Assembly (NCBI GenBank): GCA_907165135.1
Contig: OU015567.1
Location: 15,500,001 to 15,564,000, forward strand
DNA length: 64,000 nucleotides
Origin: Oikopleura dioica
Lineage: Eukaryota > Animalia > Chordata
Direction of reading: 5' to 3'
Part shown: piece by piece, positions 61,823 to 64,000 of the stretch
How the letters are laid out: each line of letters begins with the position of its first letter
How positions within the stretch are numbered: the stretch's first letter is position 1
Translations under genes and position numbers: made by a program
Notes under the pieces: generated by a model
The model's database searches: none
Told to the model about the DNA's origin: nothing
Seen by the model: the letters and a program-made list of their open reading frames with translations, nothing else

Positions 61823-63404
61823 CCCGAAGTGTACAATTTTTGTCGATTTCGCGATATAAGGACCCCCTGTCAAGATTTGAAAATTACGAATTTTTAAATT
61901 TTGACCTCGGATTCGGATTACTCATGCCGGAAAACTATTTTTTCGCTTCATTTTTTGTCGCCCTATCTCCACTCTAACACCCTAAAATTTGAGTTGAAGT
62001 TTTGAAAATCGTAATAGTGGAGCGCTGAGAGCGTACTAGGCGCGAGTAACATTTTCACGGAAAATGTGTGAATCACGGATTTTCGCCTATTTCATTATTG
62101 GGAAGCATATTTTTATTAATAAATTAACATAAATTATTACTTTTTATGGAGTTTCTATGAAAATTTTGTCGTTTTTATCAATTTCACGTTAAAAATGAAA
62201 AATTATTTTTCAAGTGAAACTTTTATGAATTTCAAAAATAACAGCGTGATGCCCCCAAGGTTGACCCAAGCTTTATTTTTGTTTTTAAAAAATTATGTAA
62301 CTTAAGGTTCTCCAAGAAAAATCGATGTTTGAAACTTTAACCTACTCTTACGACACCCTTAAGAAGTGGACGAGGGTGCCTTTACTTCTGGTGCCCTAGA
62401 GCAACTATCGGGCTATACTATGGGATAAAAATTTTTCGAAAATCTTAAGAGGATCACTCCAAAATCACTGTTTGAAAAATTGTTTTCACATGACGGAGGG
62501 GTCCATAATCGCCCGCCGAATGGAACTGGTAGGTCCGAATGACCTGAATACTCAAATGAGTATTTGCAGAAGACTTACGCACCTTGTCGCAAAATTTCGG
62601 CCTGATAAGCCCAATAAGTACTGCCCGAGTACTAATTTTCTCACGCCACCCCGCCTGCTTCAAGAAAAGAAAAATTTCCCTTCATCTTTTGGAGTCATCT
62701 TTGCTCTGGTTTCAAGTTTATCTTTTGATTTTCTAGTATGTGGAATTCGAAAACCATCGTTAAAAATGAAAAAGATGAGTTTTTTAGAGTTGGTCCGTAT
62801 TGCCTAGGATCCTATATGGTCCACTGTCTCGGTGGGTGAAGGCGGCTAGCCGAGCCAGAGAGATGCAACGGGCCCACCGCCATGTGCTTACCTCCGCAGA
62901 GGCTCCGCCTTGGCTCAACGCGACTGTAGCGAGGCAATCCCTCCATTAACCATCAACAGAGAATGATTAAGATAGAAGATCAAAGACTTTATCGATCAAC
63001 AAGCAGTGTTTTCCGTCGAGTATCCTTCTCGAAAAGGATAAAGCCCTTCTAGATCAGGAAAATGCCTATTTCGGGCAGGAAGTTTCGCGAAAAATACAGC
63101 CCAAAAATAGAAGCCCATAACCTTATTGTGGGCAGTAATAGGTATTTTATGGATCCTGAAGGGCTTTTCTTGTTTGGGCAGTAAATTAAGCGAAAGTTAC
63201 TGCCCCTCAAATACTAGACATTAAAAGTCATTTTTGACTTCAAATTCGGATTTTACACACCCAAAAACCCTATTGGGGATATTTCTAGCGAATTCTATTT
63301 TTTGTCTTCCATATCTCCATATTTGCGGCTTATCCGGGGTTGAGCTGGATCTGATTAAGCAGCTCAACTCGCTCATTTTGTGTACAAAAATTGTACACTT
63401 CGGG
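61823..63404. mobile_element. Non-autonomous TIR element with TA target duplication (Tc1/mariner-type by TSD)
   Basis: TA|cccgaagtgtacaatttttgt ... acaaaaattgtacacttcggg|TA, perfect 21-bp TIR; no transposase motif recognised. Confidence 0.7.
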
Positions 63405-63417
63405 TAAGGGTTCTTAA

Positions 63418-64000
63418 GGGTAGAACATGAAATCGGCGCGCGGCGCCTCGCTCGCCCAGCGCCCCGCCGTGCCCTACTTTTCAGAATGCCCTAAAATCGG
63501 AACGGATAAAGCTTTTCAAAAGTTTCTTCGGATTTCAGATCATCAAAGCCTTTACTTTGCACAGATCAAAAATGAGCAGAATCGTCAAACAATTAGTCGG
63601 AGAAAATGACATGAGTTGGTTAAACTCTATCTCCTCTCGCAATTCTTATCCGATTTTTCAAATTTAGATAGGTCCAAAGTGCTCCGTTAGACCTAAAATT
63701 TCGTTGTCTCAGAATTAATTTTGAAGCTTCTTAAAGTTCCACACGGCTTCTCAAAACAAGTGCTTTCACGCCGCGCCGCTTCTTTTCTCACGCGGCGCGC
63801 CTCACGACGGTGCAGCTCTCATTTCAAAAGCTCATATAAAATTCTATAAAGATTCAAAATTAATTCTGTGCCAACGAAATTTTAGGTCTAACGGAGCACT
63901 TTCGACCTATCTAAATTTGAAAATAATCGGATAAGAATTGCGAGAGGAGATAGAGTTTAACCAACTCATGTCATTTTCTCCGACTAATTGTTTGACGATT
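63418..64000. mobile_element. Foldback element truncated by the window end
   Basis: 63580-63706 is the reverse complement of 63872-64000; probable left end TTAA|gggtag at 63414-63418. Confidence 0.7.

Noticed and set aside
62472-63000. 111-aa ORF and GC-richer patch inside the TA-flanked element
   Set aside because: No transposase, RT or LTR hallmarks recognised; cannot be supported as a gene.

Overview
Gene-dense eukaryotic DNA with many ~30-60 nt introns, short intergenic gaps and at least one likely GA-AG intron; most consistent with the tunicate Oikopleura dioica (inference). The left third holds conserved housekeeping genes: synergin gamma, RNF41, ferrochelatase, a P450, CXXC1/CFP1, Derlin-1 with an antisense nested CxxS thioredoxin, an hnRNP A/B-like gene, NDUFA9 and a J-domain protein. 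It also holds an unusual family of atypical kinase plus papain-like cysteine protease fusions: one copy at 5.6-7.7 kb and a tandem kinase-protease-kinase-protease polyprotein at 23.4-28.6 kb. The right half is accessory. It contains a Cys-rich carboxylesterase, PPxY membrane proteins, an Ig-repeat protein, and two secreted proteins plus a Ser/Thr kinase that share an unassigned C-terminal domain. It also contains an actinoporin/aegerolysin-like gene, a ZP-domain gene, many non-autonomous TIR transposons (two inside coding exons and potentially spliceable), and a forward-inverted-forward triplication with a ~5.3 kb palindrome whose junctions lie in pre-existing inverted repeats. All exon models were derived by hand and are approximate.
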